IMG/VR virus record: IMGVR_UViG_3300035665_000037
Location: 1 to 61,315 of that record
Reading direction: 5' to 3' (one strand)
Length of the DNA stretch: 61,315 nucleotides
Source: a virus
Taxonomy: Duplodnaviria > Caudoviricetes
The notes below the pieces were generated by a model, which had not been told where the DNA came from, did no database searches, and worked only from the letters and a program-made list of their open reading frames with translations. Position 1 is the first letter of the stretch, and the number at the start of each line of letters is the position of its first letter. Positions 8,724 to 19,916 of this stretch are shown in pieces. The position numbers and the translations under genes were made by a program.

Positions 8724-11700
8724 TTATTTGTTTTTAAGTTGTTGTTCTAATTCTACAATACGTTTTTCGAGCATTGCAATTTTGTATGTATGTACTTGAT
8801 TATAGTCAAGTGTATAAAATTTGTCTTCGCTTCCACTTACGGCATCAGGCAACCATTGCATGACTTCTTGTGCTGCATATCCCCAATGTATTTTATCATC
8901 CCTTCCATCTTTCCACTTATACTCCATAGCATCAAAATGTTGAGATTCGTGTCTATTTAATATTATCTTAAGTCTTAAGTCAGATGACTCAAAGAATCCA
9001 CCCGAAGAATATGTTGCACCACTTACTTGTAAAGGATACGCTCCTGAATCAGTTGTTGTATTAATTAATACTTCTCTGTTATTTGTTACATATATTGCAG
9101 TGCTTACAGATGATATATCATCACTTGTAGCATTTACCCAAATTGCCATACCTCCTGAATAATCATATCCGATACCTCCCCACTTAGTAGCGTTACTGTT
9201 AAATATCAACATTGGGAATGTCGATTGTAAAGTAGCTGTTTTATTCCAACCCCCTGTACCTGAAGGGCCTCCTGTAACATGAAAAGGAGTTGCAGGGCTT
9301 GTATTACCAATTGCAACATATCTTGTTGAAGACGCAATTGTCATTGCAACATTGTCACCACCTGTTGAAAACTGAAGCGCATTATCGGATTGAAGTAGCA
9401 TTGAGCCTGCAAGAGAACCCGACCCATATCCTGTAGCAAAAGTATTGATAACCCATTTACCACCACCTGCTACACCTGCATATCCCTCCATGTGTATTGC
9501 AGGATAATATCCTGACCTTACATAAATACCATTTTCGCCACCAAGATTACTTTGTTGATTAATATATAATTTCCATTGATTACCACCTGCTTGGTTGATA
9601 TTTAACTGCCCATCTGTGAGAAGTCTCATCTTTGTTGTTGCAGCCTGTTGGAATGCTATCTCATGATTTGAGTAAGAGCCAATAGCAAAAGTAGATGACG
9701 TACAAGATATAATTGCCTCTACACCTGAGCCTGAATTTAATATATCAATACTTGGTGATCCAACAGTACTTCCGTCTGTATGAACAGCAAGACCTGTTGC
9801 AGATGATGTTTTTACATCTAACTTATATCCAATTGCTGTATCTGTACCAATTTGAACAGTACCATTTGTATTTACTCTTATACCATTAGTTCCTAATCCA
9901 CCATTAGATGATAACCAAAGATGTTTGCCTGAAGGAGCAATTATGTATCCACTTGTTGAATCCCAAGTCCATCTACCTCCACCACCACCACTTGCACCGA
10001 GATAAAGGATATCACCTGTAGTAACTGTGCTATTTGTAGTTAATCCTCCGTTTATCTGTGTATTACCATTAACAGTTAAAGCCCCACTATTTGCAATAAT
10101 CATCCTTGCAGTAACAGTCATAGCAGCTCCTGCTGTTCCTGCAGGTGCAGTTAAGAAAGCAAACCCTCCTGAATCAAACCTAATCATTGAGGCAAAGTCA
10201 GCAAGAACATAATTATATGTTGTACTTGTGCTTGTATATCCAATATTATAACCAACACTTCCATAATCTCCTCCTGAACCGCCAATCCAAGTATAGTTGT
10301 GCGTTCTTACATAAGTTGCTGTACCTGAAGTTCTGATATAATCACCTGTTATAAGACTTGAACTAAATGTAGCAGCTCCTGTAAATGATAATGAAGAACC
10401 AAGAATTGAAAGAGTTCTATAAGCAGTATTAGCATTATTTACTGCTTGAATCCCTACCCCATTAGTTTCATTAAATATATCTAAGTTGTTATTTGTTGCA
10501 GTTCTAATAGTTGCTCTGTTGATAGCAGATGCACCAACTCCAAAGTTTCCAAAAACTGTTGTATCTCCGTTATAAGCAATAGTAAATCTATCGTTGTAAT
10601 TATTTTGAACTTTAAATAGATTCCCTGTTGTCGCATCAAATTCATTTGTAAACAAAAATGCAGCAGCATTATAACCTGTTATTGCAGCCTGATTTGTTGC
10701 ACGATTTATAATGTAGTACGTCCCAACACTTTCACTTTCACTTAATCCATAAAACATAGGAATCATAGCAGCGCTACCGCCTGATGCTATACCTACATAC
10801 CCATTTGATGAAGCATTTTGAAATGACCTATAGTCTCCTGTAGTACCTACACGCCCATTTACATAAAGAGTATATGTGGTATTTGAAGTATTATTGATGT
10901 TTAAAATGCCACCACCTGTAAGTGTCATCAGTCTTGTTGCACCTTGGTTAGCCCAAAATGATATTTCTCCTGCTGCTGAATTAGAAGATAAAATCAACCT
11001 ATCGCTGTTATTCCCCTGTATTCTTTCATTTGTTGTAACAACACCACTAAATGTGGCACTTGTACCACTTGTCGCTCCTGTTATATTTAATCCATTTAGA
11101 ATATTTACAGATTTATCGCTGTTTCTTAAAAGCATAACAGGACTTGTTCCTGATGTTGTATCAACTACAGTGCTACTATCTACCCAAAAATAAAGTCCAC
11201 TTGTAGATGCTGCTTCATATCCAATACCTGCAAACCTATTTGGTGTTGCAGTACTGTTAAATCCAATAACAGGATATATTGCAGTATTAAGCTGAGTCAT
11301 TTTCCAACCACCTGTAAGAGCAGTACCGGGACCAAGTATGTTTACCCTTTGACCATCGTCAGTTATAATTGAGTTTGTTAAAGAGGTACCACCTCCACTC
11401 CATTTTGCATGATAGTCATTTGTACCCGTTCCTGTTACAGGATTTGTTAAAGCTGCCTGAGCCCCTATATCTGAAAGTACCTGTGCTGCTGTTCTATATT
11501 TAACTACTCCCCCATCTGATACTAAGAATGTATTTGATGCAGTTGCAAGAGCAGCAAACACAGCAGATAGTGAACCTGCTAAAGATGTTGCCTTTGTACT
11601 TCCTACAAACTGAGCAATGGTTGCATTTTTACCATCAGCAATAACAAGATTCCTAAATCTTGTTGTTCCACCATTATATCCAACCCAATTTATGTAACCT

Positions 11701-12959
11701 TCAGAATCATCGTTATGACCAAAATTGAAGTTTAACGTAGATTGAGCTGCAGTAAATATTCCATAAGTACCATCATCAACTTTAAGTGGGAACTGTGTAG
11801 TTGGCCATGTTGTAGATATATTTACCGCACCACTAAAAGTTGCAGTTGTTCCACTAATAGCTTGATTAAAAACGTGTATACCTGTATCTGCATTATACAC
11901 CAAGTTTGTACTATGTTGTATGTATGCAAGCCTTGTTCCTGCAGCATCATTCCATCTAAAGTAAGGAGTAGCTCCTCTTGCCGTAACTATATCAGTTCCT
12001 GTAAGGTTTCCACTTGAATATAATGAAGAAGAAAACTCAGCAGCCCCTGTTGTTGATAGCTTTAGTCCATTGTGAGTTAAAGTTTGATTGGCATTTATGT
12101 AAAAAGTTTTGCCCGAAGCTCCAATTATATAAGCATTGCTTGAATCCCAAGTCCATTCACCACCGCCACCGCCACCTACTCCTACAATTAACTTGTCAGT
12201 TGTTGTCAATGTACTTGCAAATGTAGCAGCACCTGTAGATAGAAACGATAATACATTAGATGAAGCAACATCACTACGCAAAATAAAACTACCATCAAAG
12301 TCTCCAATAAAACGATATTGATTTACCCCGTTTAATCTGAATGACTGATGAGTGTAGCTTCCTGCTGCTGCAACAAAATTTAAAACTAATTGCTCGTTAG
12401 TGCTTCCACTAATAGTTAAACTTTGACTTAAGGAAGCACTTGAACCGGCTATCGCTCCTGAAACATTTAACCCGTAAAGCACATTAACAGAGTAGTCACT
12501 GTTTCTTATATATAATGCAGGATTATTTGCAATTGCGCTTAAAGTAGATGAATTAACCCAAAAATAAAGTCCACTTGTAGATGCTGCTTCGTACCCAATC
12601 CCTGCAAACCTATTTGGTGTTGCAGTACTATTAAATGCAATAACAGGGTATATTGAAGTGTTTAATTGATTTACAGTCCATCCTCCATTAATAGTTGTTC
12701 CGGGGCCAAGTATATTTATTCTACTACCATCATCTGTTATTATAGAATCTGTTAAGGATGTTGAACTCCCCCATTTAGACAAATAATTAGTTGTACCTGT
12801 ACCTGTTACTATGTTTGATGGGGCACCCGTAATCTTTGTCCAAGCCAAAGAAGTTATCCATGCAGGATTAGCATAAGAACCGGTAGACACAATCACATTG
12901 ATGTCATCAATACCACTATCTGCTAATATGTTATTACTTATCGTAGCTAAATTTGCCAT
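8724..12959 (-). CDS. Tail fibre with C-terminal intramolecular chaperone (peptidase S74-like)
   Basis: G/T/S/N-rich beta repeats; C-terminal SSDLRLK...GYAAQEV...P.AV followed by a coiled coil. Confidence 0.8.
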   Translation of the reverse strand: MANLATISNNILADSGIDDINVIVSTGSYANPAWITSLAWTKITGAPSNIVTGTGTTNYLSKWGSSTSLTDSIITDDGSRINILGPGTTINGGWTVNQLNTSIYPVIAFNSTATPNRFAGIGYEAASTSGLYFWVNSSTLSAIANNPALYIRNSDYSVNVLYGLNVSGAIAGSSASLSQSLTISGSTNEQLVLNFVAAAGSYTHQSFRLNGVNQYRFIGDFDGSFILRSDVASSNVLSFLSTGAATFASTLTTTDKLIVGVGGGGGGEWTWDSSNAYIIGASGKTFYINANQTLTHNGLKLSTTGAAEFSSSLYSSGNLTGTDIVTARGATPYFRWNDAAGTRLAYIQHSTNLVYNADTGIHVFNQAISGTTATFSGAVNISTTWPTTQFPLKVDDGTYGIFTAAQSTLNFNFGHNDDSEGYINWVGYNGGTTRFRNLVIADGKNATIAQFVGSTKATSLAGSLSAVFAALATASNTFLVSDGGVVKYRTAAQVLSDIGAQAALTNPVTGTGTNDYHAKWSGGGTSLTNSIITDDGQRVNILGPGTALTGGWKMTQLNTAIYPVIGFNSTATPNRFAGIGYEAASTSGLYFWVDSSTVVDTTSGTSPVMLLRNSDKSVNILNGLNITGATSGTSATFSGVVTTNERIQGNNSDRLILSSNSAAGEISFWANQGATRLMTLTGGGILNINNTSNTTYTLYVNGRVGTTGDYRSFQNASSNGYVGIASGGSAAMIPMFYGLSESESVGTYYIINRATNQAAITGYNAAAFLFTNEFDATTGNLFKVQNNYNDRFTIAYNGDTTVFGNFGVGASAINRATIRTATNNNLDIFNETNGVGIQAVNNANTAYRTLSILGSSLSFTGAATFSSSLITGDYIRTSGTATYVRTHNYTWIGGSGGDYGSVGYNIGYTSTSTTYNYVLADFASMIRFDSGGFAFLTAPAGTAGAAMTVTARMIIANSGALTVNGNTQINGGLTTNSTVTTGDILYLGASGGGGGRWTWDSTSGYIIAPSGKHLWLSSNGGLGTNGIRVNTNGTVQIGTDTAIGYKLDVKTSSATGLAVHTDGSTVGSPSIDILNSGSGVEAIISCTSSTFAIGSYSNHEIAFQQAATTKMRLLTDGQLNINQAGGNQWKLYINQQSNLGGENGIYVRSGYYPAIHMEGYAGVAGGGKWVINTFATGYGSGSLAGSMLLQSDNALQFSTGGDNVAMTIASSTRYVAIGNTSPATPFHVTGGPSGTGGWNKTATLQSTFPMLIFNSNATKWGGIGYDYSGGMAIWVNATSDDISSVSTAIYVTNNREVLINTTTDSGAYPLQVSGATYSSGGFFESSDLRLKIILNRHESQHFDAMEYKWKDGRDDKIHWGYAAQEVMQWLPDAVSGSEDKFYTLDYNQVHTYKIAMLEKRIVELEQQLKNK
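11180..11435 (-). repeat. Internal duplication in the fibre gene, copy 2
   Basis: SIITDDGQRVNILGPGT...FNSTATPNRFAGIGYEAASTSGLYFWV; DNA near-identical over ~75 nt to the copy at ~12555-12810. Confidence 0.85.
12555..12810 (-). repeat. Internal duplication in the fibre gene, copy 1
   Basis: SIITDDGSRINILGPGT...FNSTATPNRFAGIGYEAASTSGLYFWV. Confidence 0.85.
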
Positions 12960-12962
12960 ATC

Positions 12963-15900
12963 TTATACCATTGTGAGTGAACGCCAAGTTCCGTTAGCGT
13001 AAATATACAAACCAATTACCCCATTTGTCTGATAAACTATTAACCCTTCAGGTACAGTTGCTATTGCAGTACGCTGAGCCTGTGTCATACGTGGAGGCAA
13101 GAAGCCCTTTGTAGTGCTATCCATTTGGAATAACGCTGCAGCATTAATAGTTGCTGTACCCAATCCTACTGCTGATCCATTATCATAAAGCAAACTGTCA
13201 CCAATCGCACTTGCTCCGGTAAACTTCGACAAATAATTTGTCGTACCTGTACCGGTAACAGGATTGGTTAACACACTCTGATACTGAGGGATATTTAAGG
13301 TAGCACCCACTAAAGTGGCAGCGCCTGAAGTACCCGTAGTAGTCAGCGTAATAGCGTTCTGTTTATTATTAAAAGTCGTCCAATCGGTAGAGCTCAAATA
13401 TCCATTTGAACTTGCACCTGATTGCGTGATAGCAATTGTCGTTCCAACAAGCGTAATCGGAGCCGTAACTGAAATAGAGCTCTGCTTGTTATTAAATGTA
13501 GTCCAATCCGTTGAGCTTAAATAACCATCCTGTGACCCACTTGACTGAAGGATTCCAACTGTACCTGAGCCTGTGATAGTGCCGCCCGTTAACGGGCCGC
13601 TAAAGGTTATTGAAGTAACAGTTCCTACTGACCAAGTGCGGTTAACACTAAGGTCTTGGCTGAGTCCGTTGATAGTTATCGTTCTTGTATCCGGAACACC
13701 GCCTAAACCACTCAACGTATAGTTAGGTATGTTCAGCGTGTTGCTTACAAAAGTTGAAGAACCGCTATTGCCTGTAGTAGTCAGCGTTATTGTAGCCTGC
13801 TTATTATTGAAAGTGTTCCAATCGGTGCTCGACAAGTATCCATCTGACGAGGTGCCGGACTGCGTAATCCCTATAGTACCTGTACTTGTAATAGTTCCTC
13901 CTGTTATCGGGCCCGAAGTCGCAACGCTTGTAACTGTACCAACAGACCAAGACCTATCTGTACTCAAGTCTTGCGCCAATCCATTGATTGTAATATTACG
14001 AGTTGTTGGAACACCGCCAAGCCCTGCAAGCGTATATTGAGGTACATTAAGAACACCTGTTAAATTGCTGTAAGTAGCAGCTCCGCTTGATCCGGTGGTC
14101 GTTAAGCTAATAGCAGAGCGTGCTCTACTATCTGTAAAATAAAGGTTAGTACCCTCAGAAATATTTGATGTAGTAAGGTTTACTGCGCCGGTAAATCCAT
14201 TTACTGAGGTAACAGACTCTGTATTATCTACTTTTTGCCAAGCAGACCCGTGAAACACAATCCAATCCCCTACCTGCCATCCACTAATACCATCAATAGT
14301 CGTATTACCTGCTACACTTACAATGTAGAAGTACCCATCGGTACCAACACCTGAAGTAATAGTAGGGCTATTCGTTGATGCGTTCCAAGTACCTTGATAC
14401 TGCAACCCACCAATTAAGTCATTTACTTGTCCTTGTAGCTTTCCTAAAGCAGTAAGTATACTGTCAGTAGAAGATATTGTCGTGCCGGTAACAGTAAGAC
14501 CTGTAAGGACTTTACCTGTGACAGCAGAGTTACTGAGCGTGACACTTGCTGCGCCCGGACCACTCGCTGTGGCTTCACCCGTCAGTGAAGTAATATAGTT
14601 ACCCTGAGCTTGGTACTGAGGGATATTTAGCGTATGTGAAGTAAGCGTGGCTGCACCCGAAGTACCTGTAGTTGTCAGAGATGTAATTCGATTATCATAC
14701 GCCTCATCCCATTCAGCTTGAACAGCATTTGTTGGGAGGCTATATCCTGAAGCAAAAGTAAGCGCAAGTGTTCCTGCTCCGGTAACCGGGTTACCGGACA
14801 CAGCAAAACCTGTAGGTACACTCATATCTACAGAAGTCACTGTACCAACACTCCAACTTCTATCTGCACTCAAGTCATAAGCAGTACCGTTAATGGTAAG
14901 TGTTCTTGACTGAGGCGTATAAGCTGTGGTGTCAACTATTAAGGTACCGTTTGAACCTGAAGTTTTAAGAATACCATTGGTAGTGTATCCAATAAGCTGA
15001 ATGCTTAAGTCAGCGTTTAATGACATGGTGTAATTGCCGCCATTGACTTCAATCATTACCTTGCCACCTACATTATAGTTCGCAAGAGTAAGTCTGCTTT
15101 CAGCAGTATTATAATACAAAGCACCACTACCTGCGCCCATATTAGTCAAATAATATGAAGGAGCTGTAGGAGAAGCTGTAAATGTTTTGGCACCACCTAT
15201 TGTTTGAGTGGTAGCATTAATAAATCCTCTTGCTGAAGCTGACGCATCAGGAATATTAAAGGTGTGAACAGTACCTGCACTTACAATATTGAAGTCAGTA
15301 CCTGTTGTTCCGGTAGCAAATGTCTGATTTGAAGACAGTGCAAGACCATTTAATGTCCTTGTAAGAGGAACATATCTAAGATCAAGGTCTACGCTTGCAA
15401 GACCTGTAACGTGGCCAAACGTATCAAGAGATACGTCTTGGATTACAGTTCCCCCTGCATTGTCAACGCTTGTTTGAGATGAAGTATCTGCGTGGCTGAT
15501 AGTGCCTGACGTAGTAATTGTGCCACCATCAAGCCCTGAACCTGCAGTAATTGAAGTAACTGTACCTACGTTCCATGTTCTATTTGCGCTCAGGTCATAC
15601 GTAGTACCATTTATGGTAAGCGTGATAGCCTGATTAGCCGGAGTATATCCAAGAAGCGTAGCAATAGTTGCACTCTTCCAAAGATTTGTTGCAGTGTCAC
15701 GGTAAAGAACGCCATTGTTTATATAAGGAGTTGGGGCGACATCATGGAGCTCCTCGAGCTCATAACCGTTATCCACCTTAACATATATCTTACCATTATT
15801 TGGATGAGCATACTCTACATATCCAATAATTACGGTATGCTGAGGAGCAGCAGGTTTAATATTTGTGATTGCACCCGGTGTAGTTGGACTCAGATAAAGA

Positions 15901-18782
15901 ACATTACCATCAAGCCATGTCTCTCCCTGAAGATTACCTGTAGTATCTACATTGACAATCTGACCAATATTAACAATAAACCCTTCCTGATTGGTTGATA
16001 TGTCTTCACAAACCAATCCAAGAGTAGACGCACTGTTAGGATCATTATTAGCCTGAGCTAAGGCAACGGCAAGTCTTTGCCCCTGCGCACCTGCAACCCT
16101 TACAGCCTGATAAGCTGTTCTTGATAGATTACCACCTGTGCTGTTGCGCACTCTTGCTACAACGCTCTCTCCAATTGGAAGATTATATGTATTTCCTTTT
16201 AGAGAAAGTCTAATTGTTCCCTCAATATTATCCCACCACATAACTCCTGCAGCAGAAGGAATGTTACTGCTTGATAAATTATATCTAACAAAGTCAGTAA
16301 TAAGGCCATACGACCCAAGGTCAACGTCTTGTGTTGCACCTGTATATGGAACATATCCCGTAAGAACAGAACCATAGTCAGGAATATTAAGCACACCTGT
16401 AAGGTTGCTATATGTTGCAGGGCCACTACTACCTAAAGTAGTAAGGCTGATGGCAGAGCGAGCTCTGCTGTCAGTAAAATATAAATTAGTGCCCTCGGTA
16501 ACAAGGGTCGTTGTATAATCGCCCGACTGAGCTATAATTGCCCCTGTCCTTCCGAACACACTTGTCACCGGGGCGGTATCGTAATCAGTCCATGATGCAG
16601 TAATGGTTCCACCATCCTGCTGATTTAATGTTAATGTCTTTGTAGTCGTACCTGTAACTGCAGCAGAAGTAAGACTTCTGTCATAAGCAACGTCCCATTC
16701 TCCTTGACTTGCGTTTGTAGGAAGTGAATACCCTGCAGCAAACGCCACAGCAAGCGTACCACTACCCGTAACAGGGTTACCTGAGATAGTGAACCCTGCA
16801 GGCACACTCATATCTACTGAAGTGACTGTGCCTACGCTCCATGATCTGTCTGCGGACAAGTCGTAGGAGGTGCCGTTAATTGTAAGCTGCCTTGTTGTAG
16901 GAACAGCTCCAATATCTGAAAGCACCTCACTACCTGTCCTATACTTAATAACCCCTGAATCAGACACTAAGAATTTATCTGTGTCAGTGGCTGCGTTTGT
17001 TATAGTCTCAATATAGAGATCTCCCTCTATAGTTAGCTTATGTCCTGTGTCGTTAATGCCATCACCAATAATAGTGTTGCCATTAGCAAATATTTTTGAA
17101 ACCTGTGTAGCACCAATACTCTGAATAACTACTCCATCAGTATAATTATGAACAGTTGACCTTGGTGACCCAAAGTTGTTCATCGTAATAGTGTAAGCAT
17201 ACGCTGTACCATTACTATTTGCAAAAGTTACTACTCCACCTGTAGCAGTATTGTAGTTGAAGGTAAATGTATCTGATGAGTAAGATAGTGGACTATCTGT
17301 AAGCGTAGTCGTTCCACTCCACATTGGTAGGTAATATGCCGTCCCCGTACCCGTAACAGGATTAACAAGCGCATCTTGCTTGTTATTGAAGGTATTCCAA
17401 TCGGTTGAACTCAAGTATCCATTAGAGCTTGCCCCGGATTGCGTAATTCCAATCACTCCTGCCACATAAGTAATAGGAGCAGTAGCACTTAAGTCGTTAA
17501 GTTTATCATTAAACTCGTTCCAATCAGCAGCACTAAGGTAACCATCTGACGTAGGGCCGGCTTGCGTGATACCAATTGTACCCGAACCGGTAATTGTTCC
17601 ACCTGTAAGCGGTCCACTTGTAGCAATGCTCGTTACGGTACCTACATTCCATGTCCTATTCGCTGAAAGATCGTACCCTGTACCGTTAATTGTAAGGGTA
17701 GTAGTATTTAATACGCCATCAGTGATGCCATAACCGGACAATGTAGTGGGCGTTCCTGTAATCTTACTCCAAGCAAGTGAAGTAATCCATGAAGGATTGG
17801 CATAAGACCCATCTGTACGCACATCACCCACTGTCCATGACCTATCTGCACTAAGATCATAGCCTGTTCCGTTGATAGTAAGGGTTCTTGTGGCCGGAGG
17901 AGCACCAACATCGCTATAAGTAAGGACAACTGCCCCAACATACCCATTAACACTTACAACTGCGTCAGTATTATCTACCTTATTCCAAGCCGATCCATTA
18001 AATATAGCCCAATCACCGACTTTCCAATCAGTAATACCGTCCAAATTTGTGTTACCTGCTACGTTTACTACATAGTAGTAGCCCTTTGTACCTACACCAC
18101 TCTGCAAAAACGGGTTATTTGTAGCCGCATTCCACACACCTTGGTAGGTAACGCCGCCAAATAAACCATTTATTTGGTTTTGTACCTTGCCAAACGCCTG
18201 CAAAATGCTATCAGTTGCTACAACAGTACCGCCTGTTACGTTCAATCCACTCAAAACCTTGGCAATTACCGCAGCATTATCAAGTGTAACGGTAGCGTTG
18301 CCCGGTCCTGAAGCTGTTGCTTCACCACTAAGCTGTGTTATGTAGTTTCCCTGCGATTGATACACAGGGATATTTAAAACTTTACCAATATAAGTAGCAG
18401 CTCCACCCGTTCCCGTAGTGGTTAAGCTGTCAATTGTAGGCAGATCCCATGTCCTATCTGCTGACAGGTCATAAGTTGTCCCGTTTATTGTAATTGTTCT
18501 TGCAAATGGAACGTATGATGTTGAATCAAGAGATCCATCAGCCTTGACAAATTGTGATGCAAGACCGCCCGGGACAATAAAAGCAGCGGCTTCAATACTA
18601 AATGCTCCAAGATTTACGTTACCGGTGGCTCCAACATAAGGCACATAGTCTTGCCCGATGAGGTTACCGATCTCACTTATCGTAAAGTTCTTGGTATTAT
18701 TAAGATTCTCTACGTCTGTTCCGATCAACAGATCGTTCAGCGTAGGAGTCGATATTATCGGGTATGTACTTATCTTCGCCAT
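12963..18782 (-). CDS. Long repetitive fibre protein (1939 aa)
   Basis: Many TINGTxYDLSADRxWxVGTVTS and GYLSSTDWNTFNNKQ repeats; two YQGxWNAxTN..GDW..W.KVDNT modules. Confidence 0.8.
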   Translation of the reverse strand: MAKISTYPIISTPTLNDLLIGTDVENLNNTKNFTISEIGNLIGQDYVPYVGATGNVNLGAFSIEAAAFIVPGGLASQFVKADGSLDSTSYVPFARTITINGTTYDLSADRTWDLPTIDSLTTTGTGGAATYIGKVLNIPVYQSQGNYITQLSGEATASGPGNATVTLDNAAVIAKVLSGLNVTGGTVVATDSILQAFGKVQNQINGLFGGVTYQGVWNAATNNPFLQSGVGTKGYYYVVNVAGNTNLDGITDWKVGDWAIFNGSAWNKVDNTDAVVSVNGYVGAVVLTYSDVGAPPATRTLTINGTGYDLSADRSWTVGDVRTDGSYANPSWITSLAWSKITGTPTTLSGYGITDGVLNTTTLTINGTGYDLSANRTWNVGTVTSIATSGPLTGGTITGSGTIGITQAGPTSDGYLSAADWNEFNDKLNDLSATAPITYVAGVIGITQSGASSNGYLSSTDWNTFNNKQDALVNPVTGTGTAYYLPMWSGTTTLTDSPLSYSSDTFTFNYNTATGGVVTFANSNGTAYAYTITMNNFGSPRSTVHNYTDGVVIQSIGATQVSKIFANGNTIIGDGINDTGHKLTIEGDLYIETITNAATDTDKFLVSDSGVIKYRTGSEVLSDIGAVPTTRQLTINGTSYDLSADRSWSVGTVTSVDMSVPAGFTISGNPVTGSGTLAVAFAAGYSLPTNASQGEWDVAYDRSLTSAAVTGTTTKTLTLNQQDGGTITASWTDYDTAPVTSVFGRTGAIIAQSGDYTTTLVTEGTNLYFTDSRARSAISLTTLGSSGPATYSNLTGVLNIPDYGSVLTGYVPYTGATQDVDLGSYGLITDFVRYNLSSSNIPSAAGVMWWDNIEGTIRLSLKGNTYNLPIGESVVARVRNSTGGNLSRTAYQAVRVAGAQGQRLAVALAQANNDPNSASTLGLVCEDISTNQEGFIVNIGQIVNVDTTGNLQGETWLDGNVLYLSPTTPGAITNIKPAAPQHTVIIGYVEYAHPNNGKIYVKVDNGYELEELHDVAPTPYINNGVLYRDTATNLWKSATIATLLGYTPANQAITLTINGTTYDLSANRTWNVGTVTSITAGSGLDGGTITTSGTISHADTSSQTSVDNAGGTVIQDVSLDTFGHVTGLASVDLDLRYVPLTRTLNGLALSSNQTFATGTTGTDFNIVSAGTVHTFNIPDASASARGFINATTQTIGGAKTFTASPTAPSYYLTNMGAGSGALYYNTAESRLTLANYNVGGKVMIEVNGGNYTMSLNADLSIQLIGYTTNGILKTSGSNGTLIVDTTAYTPQSRTLTINGTAYDLSADRSWSVGTVTSVDMSVPTGFAVSGNPVTGAGTLALTFASGYSLPTNAVQAEWDEAYDNRITSLTTTGTSGAATLTSHTLNIPQYQAQGNYITSLTGEATASGPGAASVTLSNSAVTGKVLTGLTVTGTTISSTDSILTALGKLQGQVNDLIGGLQYQGTWNASTNSPTITSGVGTDGYFYIVSVAGNTTIDGISGWQVGDWIVFHGSAWQKVDNTESVTSVNGFTGAVNLTTSNISEGTNLYFTDSRARSAISLTTTGSSGAATYSNLTGVLNVPQYTLAGLGGVPTTRNITINGLAQDLSTDRSWSVGTVTSVATSGPITGGTITSTGTIGITQSGTSSDGYLSSTDWNTFNNKQATITLTTTGNSGSSTFVSNTLNIPNYTLSGLGGVPDTRTITINGLSQDLSVNRTWSVGTVTSITFSGPLTGGTITGSGTVGILQSSGSQDGYLSSTDWTTFNNKQSSISVTAPITLVGTTIAITQSGASSNGYLSSTDWTTFNNKQNAITLTTTGTSGAATLVGATLNIPQYQSVLTNPVTGTGTTNYLSKFTGASAIGDSLLYDNGSAVGLGTATINAAALFQMDSTTKGFLPPRMTQAQRTAIATVPEGLIVYQTNGVIGLYIYANGTWRSLTMV

Positions 18783-18789
18783 TGTTCAA

Positions 18790-18797
18790 CAAATATA
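18790..18797 (-). promoter_or_regulatory. Bacteroidota-type -7 element (TATATTTG)
   Basis: TAnnTTTG in the short gap upstream of the fibre gene. Confidence 0.5.
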
Positions 18798-18798
18798 C

Positions 18799-19254
18799 TC
18801 ATTTTAAGAGATAGCGTCTGACCAACCATACCACTAAAGGTATCAGTAATAGCCACCATAAATTAAAGTAACTCGGCCTTTTATCCACTGCCTTCACAAA
18901 CGTATCCTTCTTCTCCTCTTTCTTAACCTGCGTCTGCTTCTGCTCTGACTTTACAACAGTTATTTTTGTTGTATCAATGACCTCTTTCTTCTTCTTTTTT
19001 ATCTTAACCGTTGCATTAATGTATTCCTTCCCACCAATAACCATTGGTTTTGTGGTATCCAATGGTACTATCTCTACCTCCTCAACGTCTTCTTTTATAC
19101 TAATCGCATTTTGCTGAACTGCTACGCTATCCTTCTTTTCTACTACAACGCTATCCACACGTGTCTCAACCTGTGATTTTGTTATAGCGACCTTTCTCGT
19201 TACACAAGATAACAGTAAGGTACTAAGGAATATTAACGTAAGAAGTCTTGCCAT
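18799..19254 (-). CDS. Putative unimolecular spanin (lipoprotein)
   Basis: N-terminal lipobox LLLSC, C-terminal transmembrane segment LWWLLLIPLVVWLV, follows the endolysin. Confidence 0.7.
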   Translation of the reverse strand: MARLLTLIFLSTLLLSCVTRKVAITKSQVETRVDSVVVEKKDSVAVQQNAISIKEDVEEVEIVPLDTTKPMVIGGKEYINATVKIKKKKKEVIDTTKITVVKSEQKQTQVKKEEKKDTFVKAVDKRPSYFNLWWLLLIPLVVWLVRRYLLK

Positions 19255-19687
19255 TAGTTCGTACAGCTTTTAATTTTTGCTTTCTATTAGGTCCATTAAC
19301 ATAAGAAACGTGAACCCAATCAGGGTTCTTATCTGTACCAAACTCCCAAATCAATTGATCAAACTCAAGATTGTCCTTAATGAAATTGTATACGTCAGCG
19401 TTACTAACTCCATTGCTGCTTCCATCCATATCAATGTCAATCGCTTGACCTTTGCTATGCTGACTTGTTTGGCTTCCACCAATCGCATCATTCAACTCCT
19501 TGCTGCGATAGCCGGAGCTGATATGGATTGGCACACCGAAGTGAGTTCTTATCTTTTCAAATACATTCTCAGCAAGAATCTTGAAATTCTCTAAATGCTC
19601 AGCAGTTGGTGTATTACTAATACCCTTTCGCTTTGCAGTTTCACTTCTTGTTACCTCAGAAAGAGATAGATGATTACTTATTTTCAT
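19223..19687 (-). CDS. Endolysin, peptidase M15 family
   Basis: SSGYRS, SQHSKGQAIDID and WVHVSY zinc-binding motifs; likely start MKISNHLSL at 19687. Confidence 0.9.
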   Translation of the reverse strand: MKISNHLSLSEVTRSETAKRKGISNTPTAEHLENFKILAENVFEKIRTHFGVPIHISSGYRSKELNDAIGGSQTSQHSKGQAIDIDMDGSSNGVSNADVYNFIKDNLEFDQLIWEFGTDKNPDWVHVSYVNGPNRKQKLKAVRTNGKTSYVNIP

Positions 19688-19916
19688 TGTCCGTAGGTTT
19701 CTTAAATATTTTCTCTGCAGCACTGATGCCTAAAGCGGCAGCAGATAATGCAGCTACTGAATAAACTAAAGCTTCTGACGGTTCATTAACTGCGTCATGG
19801 TTTGCGTAAAGAGTCCAACAAAGCACGATTGCGCTGAATACCCCTACGAATCTTTTACTTGAAGCCTCTCCGTTCTCAGAGAGGAATCCTTTTGACCATT
19901 CAAAAAATTTTTTCAT
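19674..19916 (-). CDS. Putative holin
   Basis: 80 aa with two hydrophobic helices, directly upstream of the endolysin. Confidence 0.65.
   Translation of the reverse strand: MKKFFEWSKGFLSENGEASSKRFVGVFSAIVLCWTLYANHDAVNEPSEALVYSVAALSAAALGISAAEKIFKKPTDNENK

Noticed and set aside
11180-12810. Diversity-generating retroelement TR/VR pair
   Set aside because: No reverse transcriptase in the genome, both copies are coding within one ORF, and the differences are not adenine-restricted
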